From positions 1,928,345-1,992,344 of the forward strand of contig OY764147.1 in the NCBI GenBank assembly GCA_963668115.1: a stretch of DNA of 64,000 nucleotides. Reading direction: 5' to 3'. A model generated the notes under the pieces. The model was not told where the DNA came from. It did not search any database and worked only from the letters and a program-made list of their open reading frames with translations. The stretch's first letter is position 1; each line of letters begins with the position of its first letter. This document shows, in pieces, positions 55,976 through 64,000 of this stretch. This stretch comes from Dehalococcoidia bacterium. GTDB taxonomy: Bacteria; Chloroflexota; Dehalococcoidia; Plut-88900. Position numbers and translations under genes: made by a program.

Positions 55976-57103
55976 ATGGCAACTGAAATCCAGACCACCC
56001 CCGCCCCCACCCGCGCCCCGACCACCACCAAGCCCACCGTCGCCGCCGTCTTCACCTCCCCCGACACCGTCCTGGACGACTACGTCCGCCTCGCCGAGCT
56101 TGCCGGGATGGAAGACCATCTCCCCAGGGACCTCCCAACCCTCCTCAAGATAAACATCTCCTGGCAGTACTACTACCCCGCATGCTCCACCCCACCCTGG
56201 CAGATCGAGGGGACGGTGAAGGCCCTACAGGCCAACGGCTACAACGACCTCATCGCCGCTCACAACGGCACCGTGGTCGTCGACGCCCGGGAAGGCGAGG
56301 TTCGCAACAAGCAGAAGGTCGTCACCGACAAGTACGACCTCCCCAACATGCACCTCGAAGAGGACCCCGTTCGCTGGATCGAGTACCGGCCCAGGGCCAA
56401 AATGCTGGCCCTGGACGAAATCTTCCCCGACGGAATCCAGATCCCCGAGCCTTTCATCGGCAAGAACATAGTCCAGCTCCCGACCATGAAGACCCACGTC
56501 TTCACGAAGATGACCGGCGCCATGAAGAACGCCTTCGGGGGCTTGCTGAACAGGAAAAGGCACTACACCCACTCCGTCATCCACGAGACCCTCGTCGACC
56601 TCCTCGCCATCCAGAAGGAGATCCACCCCGGCATCTTCGCCATGATGGACGGCGCCTTCGCCGGCGACGGCCCCGGGCCCCGAGCCATGCGCTGGCACGT
56701 CAAAAACCTCCTCCTCGCCAGCGGCGACCAGGTCGCCATCGACGCCGTCGCCGCCAGGCTCATGGGTTTCGACCCCATGTCCATCAAGTTCATCCGCCTC
56801 GCCCACGACGCCGGCCTCGGGTGCGGAGACCCGAGGGAAATCGAGATAGCGGGAGAGGACCTGTCGGGGGTGAACTGGGGGTTCAGTGGGTCGGAGAACA
56901 CCTTTGCCAGCCGCGGCCAGAAGCTGATTTACTGGGGCCCGCTGAAGCCCCTGGAGAAGCTGCTGCTCAGGTCGCCGCTGGTGCCCTGGGCCTACCTCGC
57001 GTCGAACCTGTACCACAACGTCTTCTGGATGAACCTCGTCGGCAAGGGCAGGATCAGGAAGGCTATGAAGACGGGCTGGGGCAAGCTCTTCCTGAGCTAC
57101 TGA
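55976..57103 (+). CDS. DUF362-domain protein
   Basis: 375 aa; LPTMKTHVFTKMTGAMKNAFGGL motif recalled as DUF362-like; Thr/Pro-rich N-terminus. Confidence 0.45.
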   Translation: MATEIQTTPAPTRAPTTTKPTVAAVFTSPDTVLDDYVRLAELAGMEDHLPRDLPTLLKINISWQYYYPACSTPPWQIEGTVKALQANGYNDLIAAHNGTVVVDAREGEVRNKQKVVTDKYDLPNMHLEEDPVRWIEYRPRAKMLALDEIFPDGIQIPEPFIGKNIVQLPTMKTHVFTKMTGAMKNAFGGLLNRKRHYTHSVIHETLVDLLAIQKEIHPGIFAMMDGAFAGDGPGPRAMRWHVKNLLLASGDQVAIDAVAARLMGFDPMSIKFIRLAHDAGLGCGDPREIEIAGEDLSGVNWGFSGSENTFASRGQKLIYWGPLKPLEKLLLRSPLVPWAYLASNLYHNVFWMNLVGKGRIRKAMKTGWGKLFLSY

Positions 57104-57408
57104 GACCCGCCGCCCTCTTCCTCGTCAAAGTCCTCGTCGCTGAACACCCCGACCTCCCGACCCTGGTACACCGCGACTATGAAGTCGCCCCGCGAAGCGT
57201 CGGCGGTCATCACCAGCTCTTCGTCGATGGTGTCTATCAGCTCCTGGACGCCTTCCTGCGTGACGTTCTCCAGCACGCATAGCGTACCGTGGACTACGTT
57301 GGAGCCGAAATGCAGGTCTATCCGACCCGCCGTGCTCTCGTCGTCGATTATCGTATAGGTCTCGGACTGGGGCGTACGGCATTCTCTTTCGAATCGGTAG
57401 GGGGCCAT
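57097..57408 (-). CDS. Hypothetical small protein with an acidic C-terminal tail
   Basis: 103-aa ORF; convergent 7-bp overlap with the DUF362 stop; no family recognised. Confidence 0.35.
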   Translation of the reverse strand: MAPYRFERECRTPQSETYTIIDDESTAGRIDLHFGSNVVHGTLCVLENVTQEGVQELIDTIDEELVMTADASRGDFIVAVYQGREVGVFSDEDFDEEEGGGSQ

Positions 57409-57429
57409 TGCCGGTGTTTCCTCTCTGGT

Positions 57430-58701
57430 CTAGGGCCGGACGTGTCCGCGGCCCAGGATTATCCACTTGTAGGATGTCATTTCCCGGAGCCCCATCGGGC
57501 CCCGAGCGTGCATTTTCTGTGTGCTGATCCCCACCTCCGCCCCCAGCCCGAACTGCCCGCCGTCCGTGAACCGCGTGCTCGCGTTCACGAAAACCGCCGC
57601 GGCATCAACCTCGTCCAGGAACCTCTGCGCCGCCGAGTAGTCCTCGGTGAGGATCGCCTCCGAATGCCCCGACCCGTATGCCTCGATGTGGGCCAGGGCC
57701 TCGTCCATGTCGTCGACTACCTTCACCGAGGCGACCAGGGCCAGGAACTCCATCCCCCAGTCCGACTCCACCGCAGCCGACACACCGCCCATCCCATTTA
57801 TCACGTCGAAAGCCCTCTCGTCGCACCGGATCTCGACGCCCTTCTCGCCCCAGGCGCGGGCTATCCGGGGAAGATATTCTTGGGCGACTGAGGAGTGCAC
57901 GATGAGGGTGTCCAGGGCGTTGCAGGTGGAGGGGCGTTGTACCTTCGCATTGTAGGCTATGGCCACCGCGCTGTCGAGGTTGGCGGACCTGTCCACGTAG
58001 GTGTGGCAGACCCCCACCCCGCCCGCCACCACGGGCATGGAAGCGTTCGAGTCCACGTACCGGATGAAGTCCTCGCTGCCCCGGGGCACCATCAGGTCGA
58101 TTATGCCCTTCATCTCCAGCATCTCCCCGACCAGGGCCCGGTCCGTGGAGTCGACGAACTGCACCGCCTCCCCCGGGCCCCCCGCCTCGACCAGGCTGTC
58201 CCGCACGATGGATGCCAGCAGCCGGTTCGACCGGATGGCCTCCTTGCCGCCCCTCAGCAGCACCGCGTTCCCCGACTTCAGGCATAAGCAGGATATATCA
58301 ATTGTCACGTTGGGCCGGCTCTCGTATATCGCCCCGATAAGCCCCAGCGGCACCCGACGCTTCCCCACCTGCAACCCGTTGGGCAGTGTCCGCATGTCGA
58401 ACGTCTCCCCGACGGGATCGGGCAGCCCGGCGATGCTCTCCACGTCCTCGGCGAGGGCCCGGATGCGGTCATGGGTGAGGAGCAGCCGGTCCAGCAGCGA
58501 CTCCGAAAGTCCCGACTCGGCGCTGGAGTCATAGTCCTGCCGGTTCGCCTCGACAATCTCGTCCTGCCGCTCCACCAACGCCCCGGCGATGTTCAGCAAC
58601 GCCCGGTCCTTAACCGCACTGGAAGCCCGACCCAGCTCCCGCCCCGCCCCCCGCGCCGCCAGCGCCTGCGCCCTCAGGTCTTGTTTAACCGTGGTGGTCA
58701 T
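57430..58701 (-). CDS. proA: Glutamate-5-semialdehyde dehydrogenase (gamma-glutamyl phosphate reductase)
   Basis: Start at ATG 58701 (AGGTG RBS); ALDH-fold ProA motifs (PLGLIGAIYESRPNVT, catalytic Cys region STCNALDTL). Confidence 0.85.
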   Translation of the reverse strand: MTTTVKQDLRAQALAARGAGRELGRASSAVKDRALLNIAGALVERQDEIVEANRQDYDSSAESGLSESLLDRLLLTHDRIRALAEDVESIAGLPDPVGETFDMRTLPNGLQVGKRRVPLGLIGAIYESRPNVTIDISCLCLKSGNAVLLRGGKEAIRSNRLLASIVRDSLVEAGGPGEAVQFVDSTDRALVGEMLEMKGIIDLMVPRGSEDFIRYVDSNASMPVVAGGVGVCHTYVDRSANLDSAVAIAYNAKVQRPSTCNALDTLIVHSSVAQEYLPRIARAWGEKGVEIRCDERAFDVINGMGGVSAAVESDWGMEFLALVASVKVVDDMDEALAHIEAYGSGHSEAILTEDYSAAQRFLDEVDAAAVFVNASTRFTDGGQFGLGAEVGISTQKMHARGPMGLREMTSYKWIILGRGHVRP

Positions 58702-58901
58702 AGCGACACCTATTATCAGACCTCCACCTTTGAGGGGCAAGAACGGTCGGGCATGCTGTCAATTAGCTCCATCGTCCGCACACTCACCGTGCACCTCCAC
58801 TTACGGATTACGTTAGTTAAAATATATCAGACCGTGGGTCTAAGCACCGCCTAAGACTACGCCGCTTACTGGCAAGAATAACACTCGAGGAAGCACGACC
58901 A

Positions 58902-59933
58902 TTGGCTAAGAACAAGCGCACGTTGCCCGCTCCAAACACTTGGGACAATTCAAATCAGCACTGGGTTTCGCAGTTTCTCTTAAAAGGCTTTGGCCTTCCA
59001 GGCAATGCAAGTCATGTATATACCTTGGATAAACGCACTCTTTCTACCACGATTCGATCTGTAGACGACGTTGCTTCTAAAGTGAATTTGCTCACAGCCC
59101 AGGACAATAGCCGCTTAACTAGTATTGAGCGCAGCATTACCGGAGCGGTTCAACGCCTTCGTAAAGGCCACCAAATTCACCTGGCAGTAAAGGAACGACA
59201 ATTACTCAACGACCTAGTACTGTCTCTAATCCTGGCTGACCCTTATTCTGGAGTGAAAAGAGAAAAGCTACGCAAGGACGTCGTTCAGAATACGGCCAAC
59301 ATGATTGCCGAGATTGCATTTCGCAATGGGTTGCCAGTCAGTAGGCCTCGACTACAATCCTCAATGCACCCACTTCTACCGGAGGATGTTCTAACGCTGG
59401 CGCTGGACTCCGAAAACAGCCTGACCTCCATCGCCTTAAGCCTTATGGGTTTGAGTATCCATAAGGCAACAAAACCCCTCGTGATTGGTGATTCTCCGGT
59501 GATGATTGCTCGAGCGCGGCGTAACAGTGTCCCAAGCCTGTTAAATTTTGGCAGCGAGATAGCATTGCCTATAGCCTATAACTGCGTCTTGGTCTACGAC
59601 TGGGTTACTGAACCAAACACGGTGACTCTAGCGGATCCCCTGACCAACCAGCAAAGTCGACTAGTAGGACACTATTACTGGAGTATTTCAAGGTGCCGGT
59701 ACGTGTTTAGTCGAACACGCGACGCACTTTACGAAGCTAGGATGCCATACGAGTCATTAGTTGAGTCGACGGGCTCAGTTACTCCTTCCACAGGTTGGCA
59801 TCTTATGCAGGAAATAGCCAAGAATAGTGAAATACGGCGACAGCTGCAGGATGACCAGGAACGCCTAAAGTTTGAGAGGGGGATCAATACTCTTGCGACC
59901 CGAGGTGACGCCCGACCTCTGTATGAGTATTGA
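58902..59933 (+). CDS. DUF4238-family protein on the opposite strand between proB and proA, low GC
   Basis: 343 aa, TTG start; N-terminal HWVSQFLLKGF resembles the DUF4238 'H.VPQFYL..F' motif; GC about 47% versus roughly 62% in the flanks. Confidence 0.5.
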   Translation: MAKNKRTLPAPNTWDNSNQHWVSQFLLKGFGLPGNASHVYTLDKRTLSTTIRSVDDVASKVNLLTAQDNSRLTSIERSITGAVQRLRKGHQIHLAVKERQLLNDLVLSLILADPYSGVKREKLRKDVVQNTANMIAEIAFRNGLPVSRPRLQSSMHPLLPEDVLTLALDSENSLTSIALSLMGLSIHKATKPLVIGDSPVMIARARRNSVPSLLNFGSEIALPIAYNCVLVYDWVTEPNTVTLADPLTNQQSRLVGHYYWSISRCRYVFSRTRDALYEARMPYESLVESTGSVTPSTGWHLMQEIAKNSEIRRQLQDDQERLKFERGINTLATRGDARPLYEY

Positions 59934-60056
59934 CTATTCGTCTCTCGTCCACCTAAGGCCGGATCTTGCCCAACAACCGGCCTAGCTCACACCGGGTTTT
60001 CATAAACGGTTGAGCCGCTCGTGATAGCGCTCTATGTGTGGATATTTCGCCATAAC

Positions 60057-61199
60057 CTACAACAACACCAAATTATCCCGGTGCACCAGCTCCGCCCCGT
60101 ACTCATACCCGAGAATTTCGAATATCCTACCCGACCTCTCCCCCGCAATCGCCCTCGCATCCTCCGCATCGTAGTTTGACAGGCCGCAGGCTATCCGGTT
60201 CCCGTCCCCGTCCTCCACGACCAGCACGTCGCCCCGCTCAAAGCTCCCCGACACCTCCGTCACCCCCGCAGGCAACAGGCTCTTCCCTCCCTTCACCACC
60301 GCCGACGCCGCTCCCCCGTCCACCCGCACCGACCCCCGGGAGTTCAGCCCGCTCAGCATCCACCGCTTCCGGCTCTCCATCTTCGTCGTATGGCTCGGGA
60401 AGAACGTCCCCAGCCCCTCGCCCCCGGCCAGCCTCGGGATCACGTTCTCCAGCCGCCCCTTGGCGATCACAACGTCCACCCCCGACGCCGTCGCCAGGCT
60501 CGCAGCCTGCAGCTTGGTCACCATCCCCCCGACCGCCTTGCTGCTCTTGGTGCCCGCCGCCAGCGAGGTTATGGAGTCGTCGATGGTCTCGACCTTCGGG
60601 ATTAGCTCGGCCTGAGGGTCGTGCATCGGGTCCGAGGTGTACAGCCCGGCCACGTCCGAAAGTATCATCAGCAGGTCCGCATCTACGAGGTTCGCCACCA
60701 TCGCTGAAAGGTTGTCGTTGTCCCCGAACCGGGCCCCCCTTATCTCCTCGACGGCGACCACGTCGTTCTCGTTGACAATCGGCTGCACCCCGAGCTCCAG
60801 CAACGTGTTAAGGGTGTTGCGCACGTTCAGATACCCCAGCCTGTCCGACAAGTCCCCCCTCGACACCAGCGCCTGCGCCACCGTTATCCCGTGCTCCCCA
60901 AACAGCCTGTCGTAGGCCTGCATCAGCCGGCCCTGTCCCACCGACGCCAGCACCTGCTTCAGCGGCACCCCCCGATGCTCCGGCACCTGACCCAGTATCT
61001 CCCGCCCCGACGCCATCGCCCCCGATGACACCAGCACCACCTCCATCCCGTCCCGCCTGATCTCCGCTATCTGCCTCACCAGCGAGGCCATGCAGTCCAG
61101 GTCGAGGCCGCGGTCGGGCCCCGCTAGCAAGTTGCTCCCCAGCTTGACCACCACCCTCCGGTACGCGCCCGATTCTAGGTTGTTATTCGACTTAGCCAT
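60057..61199 (-). CDS. proB: Glutamate 5-kinase (with C-terminal PUA domain)
   Basis: Start at ATG 61199; VVVKLGSNLL, amino-acid-kinase fold, C-terminal PUA domain (VDGGAASAVVKGGKSLLPAGV). Confidence 0.85.
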   Translation of the reverse strand: MAKSNNNLESGAYRRVVVKLGSNLLAGPDRGLDLDCMASLVRQIAEIRRDGMEVVLVSSGAMASGREILGQVPEHRGVPLKQVLASVGQGRLMQAYDRLFGEHGITVAQALVSRGDLSDRLGYLNVRNTLNTLLELGVQPIVNENDVVAVEEIRGARFGDNDNLSAMVANLVDADLLMILSDVAGLYTSDPMHDPQAELIPKVETIDDSITSLAAGTKSSKAVGGMVTKLQAASLATASGVDVVIAKGRLENVIPRLAGGEGLGTFFPSHTTKMESRKRWMLSGLNSRGSVRVDGGAASAVVKGGKSLLPAGVTEVSGSFERGDVLVVEDGDGNRIACGLSNYDAEDARAIAGERSGRIFEILGYEYGAELVHRDNLVLL

Positions 61200-61324
61200 T
61201 TCCTGCTTCGACAAGGAATCGAGTATAGCACCGGCCATTCAAAACAGTGGTGGGAAGGGGCAATGCTCCTTCCCACCACTGGACTAATTTACAACTGTAG
61301 CTTCCACTTCAGAGCGAGAATTCG

Positions 61325-61405
61325 TCCCCTTGGGGTGGGGCATTCCGCTCGCCCTGAGCGGAGTCGAAGGGTCTCAAGAGCGGAATGGGTGGGGTGTCCC
61401 GCTCC
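61325..61405 (-). repeat. Nested-hairpin repeat, copy C (reverse orientation relative to copies A/B)
   Basis: Core gccctgagcggagtcgaagggtc identical to the reverse complement of the copy A core; outer stem cattccgctc/gagcggaatg differs from A by compensatory changes. Confidence 0.8.
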
Positions 61406-61491
61406 GCTATCTCGTTGGTATACAAAGGTCTCGTCGAGGGAAAGGAGGCAGAAAGCCACACTTACCCTACCCAGTACCCCTTGAGGTCTCC

Positions 61492-62373
61492 CTACGTTGT
61501 CCCGTTGGAGCCGTCCTCCTGCGCAGTCGCAGCCAGGTTCATGAACGGCTTCAGCACGTTCGTGAACTCCATCGGGAAAATGAACTTGGTGGACGGGCTC
61601 GCCCCGATGTCCTTCAACGTCTCGAAGTACTGTAGGCTCATCGTCTTGGAGTCGACCCCCTGTGCCACCCTGTAGATCTGGTCCAGCGCATTGCTGAATC
61701 CCTCGGCGTTCAGAATCGCCGCCTGTCTGTTGCCCTCGGCCTTCAAAATTTCTGCTTGTCTCAGTCCTTCGGCACTCAGGATGGCAGCCTGCTTCTGGCC
61801 CTCGGCGACGGTGATGTTCGCCTCTTTCTGGCCGTCCGCCTCGGTGACCACCGCCCGGCGTTCCCGCTCGGCGGCCATCTGCCTGTTCATGGCGTGCTGT
61901 ATCTCGGCAGGCGGGTCGATCTCCCGTATCTCGACCGCCGTGACCTTCACCCCCCACCTCCCCGTCACCTCGTCCAGCTTAACCCGCAGGATTTGGTTGA
62001 TCTCCTCCCTCTTTGCCAGGACGTCGTCCAGCGGAATATCCCCGACCACCGCCCTCAGCGTTGTCGTCGCCATTCCGACAATCGCCGCCCTGAAGTCCTG
62101 CACCTCCAGCACGCTCTTCTCCGCCTCGTGGTCCAGCACCTTGTAGTAGATCAGGAAGTCGATGTCTATCGGCGCGTTGTCCTTGGTGATGTTCGTCTGT
62201 CGGGCGACGTCAATGACGTCTTCTCGGAGGTCGACCTTCTGGAAGCTGTCGACGAACGGGATTAGCAGCCGAAGCCCCGCCCCCTTCAGCCCGAAGAACT
62301 TGCCCAGCCTGAAGGGCACCATCCTTTCGTACTGCTTCACTATGATTACCGGAAATATAACGGGTGTAGCCAT
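61492..62373 (-). CDS. SPFH/band-7 (stomatin/prohibitin-like) protein
   Basis: 293 aa; SPFH domain followed by coiled-coil AEGQKQAAILSAEG repeats; downstream of nfeD. Confidence 0.85.
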   Translation of the reverse strand: MATPVIFPVIIVKQYERMVPFRLGKFFGLKGAGLRLLIPFVDSFQKVDLREDVIDVARQTNITKDNAPIDIDFLIYYKVLDHEAEKSVLEVQDFRAAIVGMATTTLRAVVGDIPLDDVLAKREEINQILRVKLDEVTGRWGVKVTAVEIREIDPPAEIQHAMNRQMAAERERRAVVTEADGQKEANITVAEGQKQAAILSAEGLRQAEILKAEGNRQAAILNAEGFSNALDQIYRVAQGVDSKTMSLQYFETLKDIGASPSTKFIFPMEFTNVLKPFMNLAATAQEDGSNGTT

Positions 62374-62391
62374 ATACGGCTCCTTTCTGAT

Positions 62392-63723
62392 TCACGCTTT
62401 ACGGACCTTGATTATAAGTCCATCCACCCCAACCACCTCCACCTTGTCCCCCACCCCGATCTCCTCCTCCCCCGACGAAACCGCACTCCACGTCTCACTG
62501 GTAAGCTGCACAGTCCCGACTGGACTCAAGGCCGTCAAGACCTTGCCTGTCTGCCCTATCAAATTCTCTCCAACCTGGGTGTACTTCATCTTTCGCGTCC
62601 TCACCACCGCCCCGACGATAAACAGTGCGAAAAAGGCAATCAGCCCCGACAGTATCCCCACCAGCCACAAGCTTATCCTGACTACGGGCGCATCCGGAAA
62701 GTCCGGCTCCCCGACGGAGAAGAGCAGCAATGTGCCCAGCACGAACGCGACCACTCCACCTATCCCCAGGAACCCCAGCCCCGGGGCCTGGATTTCGAAG
62801 AATATCAGTATGGCGGCCAGTGCAAGAAGTACGATGCCCGCCCAGTTGAAAGGCAGCGTGCCCAGGGCCACCAACCCGATTATCATGGCGAGGCCCCCGA
62901 CCACGCCTGGCACTATCAGCCCGGGGCTAAGTAGCTCCACGAACAGGCCCAACGCCCCGAAGGTCAGCAAAAGCCCGATAACGTTCGGGTCCCCGACGAA
63001 CCCGAAGAACCTCTCCGCCAGGCTCATATCCACCTCACGCTCCACCAGCCCTTCCGTCTCCATCGTCACCACCCCCGACACCGTCTCCGTCTCCCGCCCG
63101 TCCAGCTGTTCCAGCAGGTCCTCCATGTCCACTGCCACGAAGTCGACTAGGTTCGCCTCCACCGCCGCCGAGGCCGTGTATGCCTCGGCCTCGGTGATGG
63201 TCTTGGTCAGGGCCTCCTTGTCCCGGCCCCGCTTCTCGGCTATGCCCTCGGCCATGGCGACGGTGATATTCGTGGCTTTCTCGGAGAGGGTGTCGGGCAA
63301 ATCTTCCCCGTCCGCCGACACCGGCGGCGCCGCCCCGATGGATGTGCCTTCCGCCATCACCGCAAAGTTCGCCGCCGCCGTCACAAACGTCCCCGCCGAA
63401 GCCGCAAAAGCGCCCGGTGGATACACGTACACCGCCACAGGCACATCGGCGCTTAGCAGATGTTCAACAATCTTTTCAGTGGACGAAAGCAGGCCTCCCG
63501 GCGTGTCCAGCTTGATGACCACCAGCGACGCCCCATCCTCCTCCGCCAGCCTGATCCCCCTGGAGAAGTACCTCTCCGCGTTGGGGTCTATGTTGCCGTC
63601 ATAGGTGAGTACGTAGACCTGCTCTGTCGCGCTTTGGGCGTGGGCGGGGGTCAGCAGCAACGCCAGCCCGACAACCAACATCGCCACCGCCAGTGACAGC
63701 CTGATGCCCCTTTTCACCCCCAT
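62392..63723 (-). CDS. NfeD-family membrane-bound ClpP-class serine protease
   Basis: 443 aa; signal peptide, ClpP-like N-domain, multi-TM region, C-terminal OB-fold; classic nfeD-stomatin operon. Confidence 0.85.
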   Translation of the reverse strand: MGVKRGIRLSLAVAMLVVGLALLLTPAHAQSATEQVYVLTYDGNIDPNAERYFSRGIRLAEEDGASLVVIKLDTPGGLLSSTEKIVEHLLSADVPVAVYVYPPGAFAASAGTFVTAAANFAVMAEGTSIGAAPPVSADGEDLPDTLSEKATNITVAMAEGIAEKRGRDKEALTKTITEAEAYTASAAVEANLVDFVAVDMEDLLEQLDGRETETVSGVVTMETEGLVEREVDMSLAERFFGFVGDPNVIGLLLTFGALGLFVELLSPGLIVPGVVGGLAMIIGLVALGTLPFNWAGIVLLALAAILIFFEIQAPGLGFLGIGGVVAFVLGTLLLFSVGEPDFPDAPVVRISLWLVGILSGLIAFFALFIVGAVVRTRKMKYTQVGENLIGQTGKVLTALSPVGTVQLTSETWSAVSSGEEEIGVGDKVEVVGVDGLIIKVRKA

Positions 63724-63764
63724 GCTTCGAATTATACAACCTCATCATTTCCTCCCTTCACGTT

Positions 63765-63870
63765 CCGTCATTCCCGCAAGAGCCAAATGCCGCTCGCTTC
63801 AGGGGTGGGGCAGAATCCGCTCATCCTGAGCAGGGTCGAAGGGTCGAGCGGATTCTGGGAGGTGTCCCCC
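63765..63870 (-). repeat. Nested-hairpin repeat, copy D (full length, with terminal modules ccgtcattccc ... ggtgtccccc)
   Basis: Outer stem cagaatccgctc/gagcggattctg (12 bp, compensatory relative to A and C); core atcctgagcagggtcgaagggtc. Confidence 0.8.
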
Positions 63871-63914
63871 TAACGGGCAGGCCATGTAAATGTCACTGCT
63901 ACGAAGAGTGGAGG

Positions 63915-63972
63915 CGATGTGGGGCCGCTCATACTGAGCCCTGTCGAAGCATGAGCCGGGGGAGCGGTCGTT
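63915..63972. repeat. Related short hairpin repeat, copy E (ccgctcatactgagccctgtcgaagcatgagccggggagcgg)
   Basis: Shares the ctgagc...gtcgaag motif; stems gctcat/atgagc and ccgctc/gagcgg. Confidence 0.6.
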
Positions 63973-64000
63973 GCTATAATCTCACCAGGGACGGCTTCCC

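Noticed and set aside
1-64000. Transposase/IS elements, integrases, prophage genes, rRNA or tRNA genes
   Set aside because: No ORF with transposase or integrase motifs (DDE, HUH, tyrosine-recombinase R..H..Y) and no rRNA-like conserved stretches were seen. The repeat family lacks a coding transposase and is therefore called MITE-like only.

Overview
This window is a high-GC (about 60% or more), gene-dense bacterial chromosomal segment of roughly 75 coding genes, with no rRNA, tRNA, CRISPR array or transposase ORF recognisable by eye. Its main contents are: (1) a partial McrB plus complete McrC restriction system at the left edge; (2) an unusual expansion of luciferase-like monooxygenase (LLM) genes, ten paralogs in total, nine of them packed into 5.4-16.8 kb and four of those joined by ATGA start/stop overlaps; (3) many catabolic-type enzymes: M24 peptidase, aminotransferase, GMC oxidoreductase, FAD/Fe-S oxidase, Rieske oxygenase, amidohydrolases, family III CoA-transferase, VOC, RidA, tautomerase, Ddn-like F420 enzyme, erythromycin-esterase family, MFS transporters and orphan ABC solute-binding proteins; (4) an unusually high density of type II toxin-antitoxin modules: VapBC, DinJ-YafQ, two HigBA pairs, two orphan HicB, a DUF4258/DUF2283 pair and a DUF5678/retropepsin pair; (5) housekeeping genes: apt, phhB-like, mnmG, proA, proB and an nfeD-stomatin pair; (6) four lower-GC islets that look horizontally acquired: a hypothetical at about 20 kb, a lipoprotein at about 21.8 kb, an LRR lipoprotein plus an AT-rich non-coding stretch at 39-40.7 kb, and a DUF4238 gene wedged between proB and proA; (7) a family of roughly 110-120 bp nested-hairpin, MITE-like repeats with compensatory stem substitutions, including one repeat-derived segment inserted in-frame in mnmG. 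The LLM expansion together with the CoA-transferase, Rieske, amidohydrolase and MFS content suggests a marine Chloroflexota (SAR202-like) organism, but that is only an inference. All coordinates were read by eye and may be off by a few bases, especially starts.
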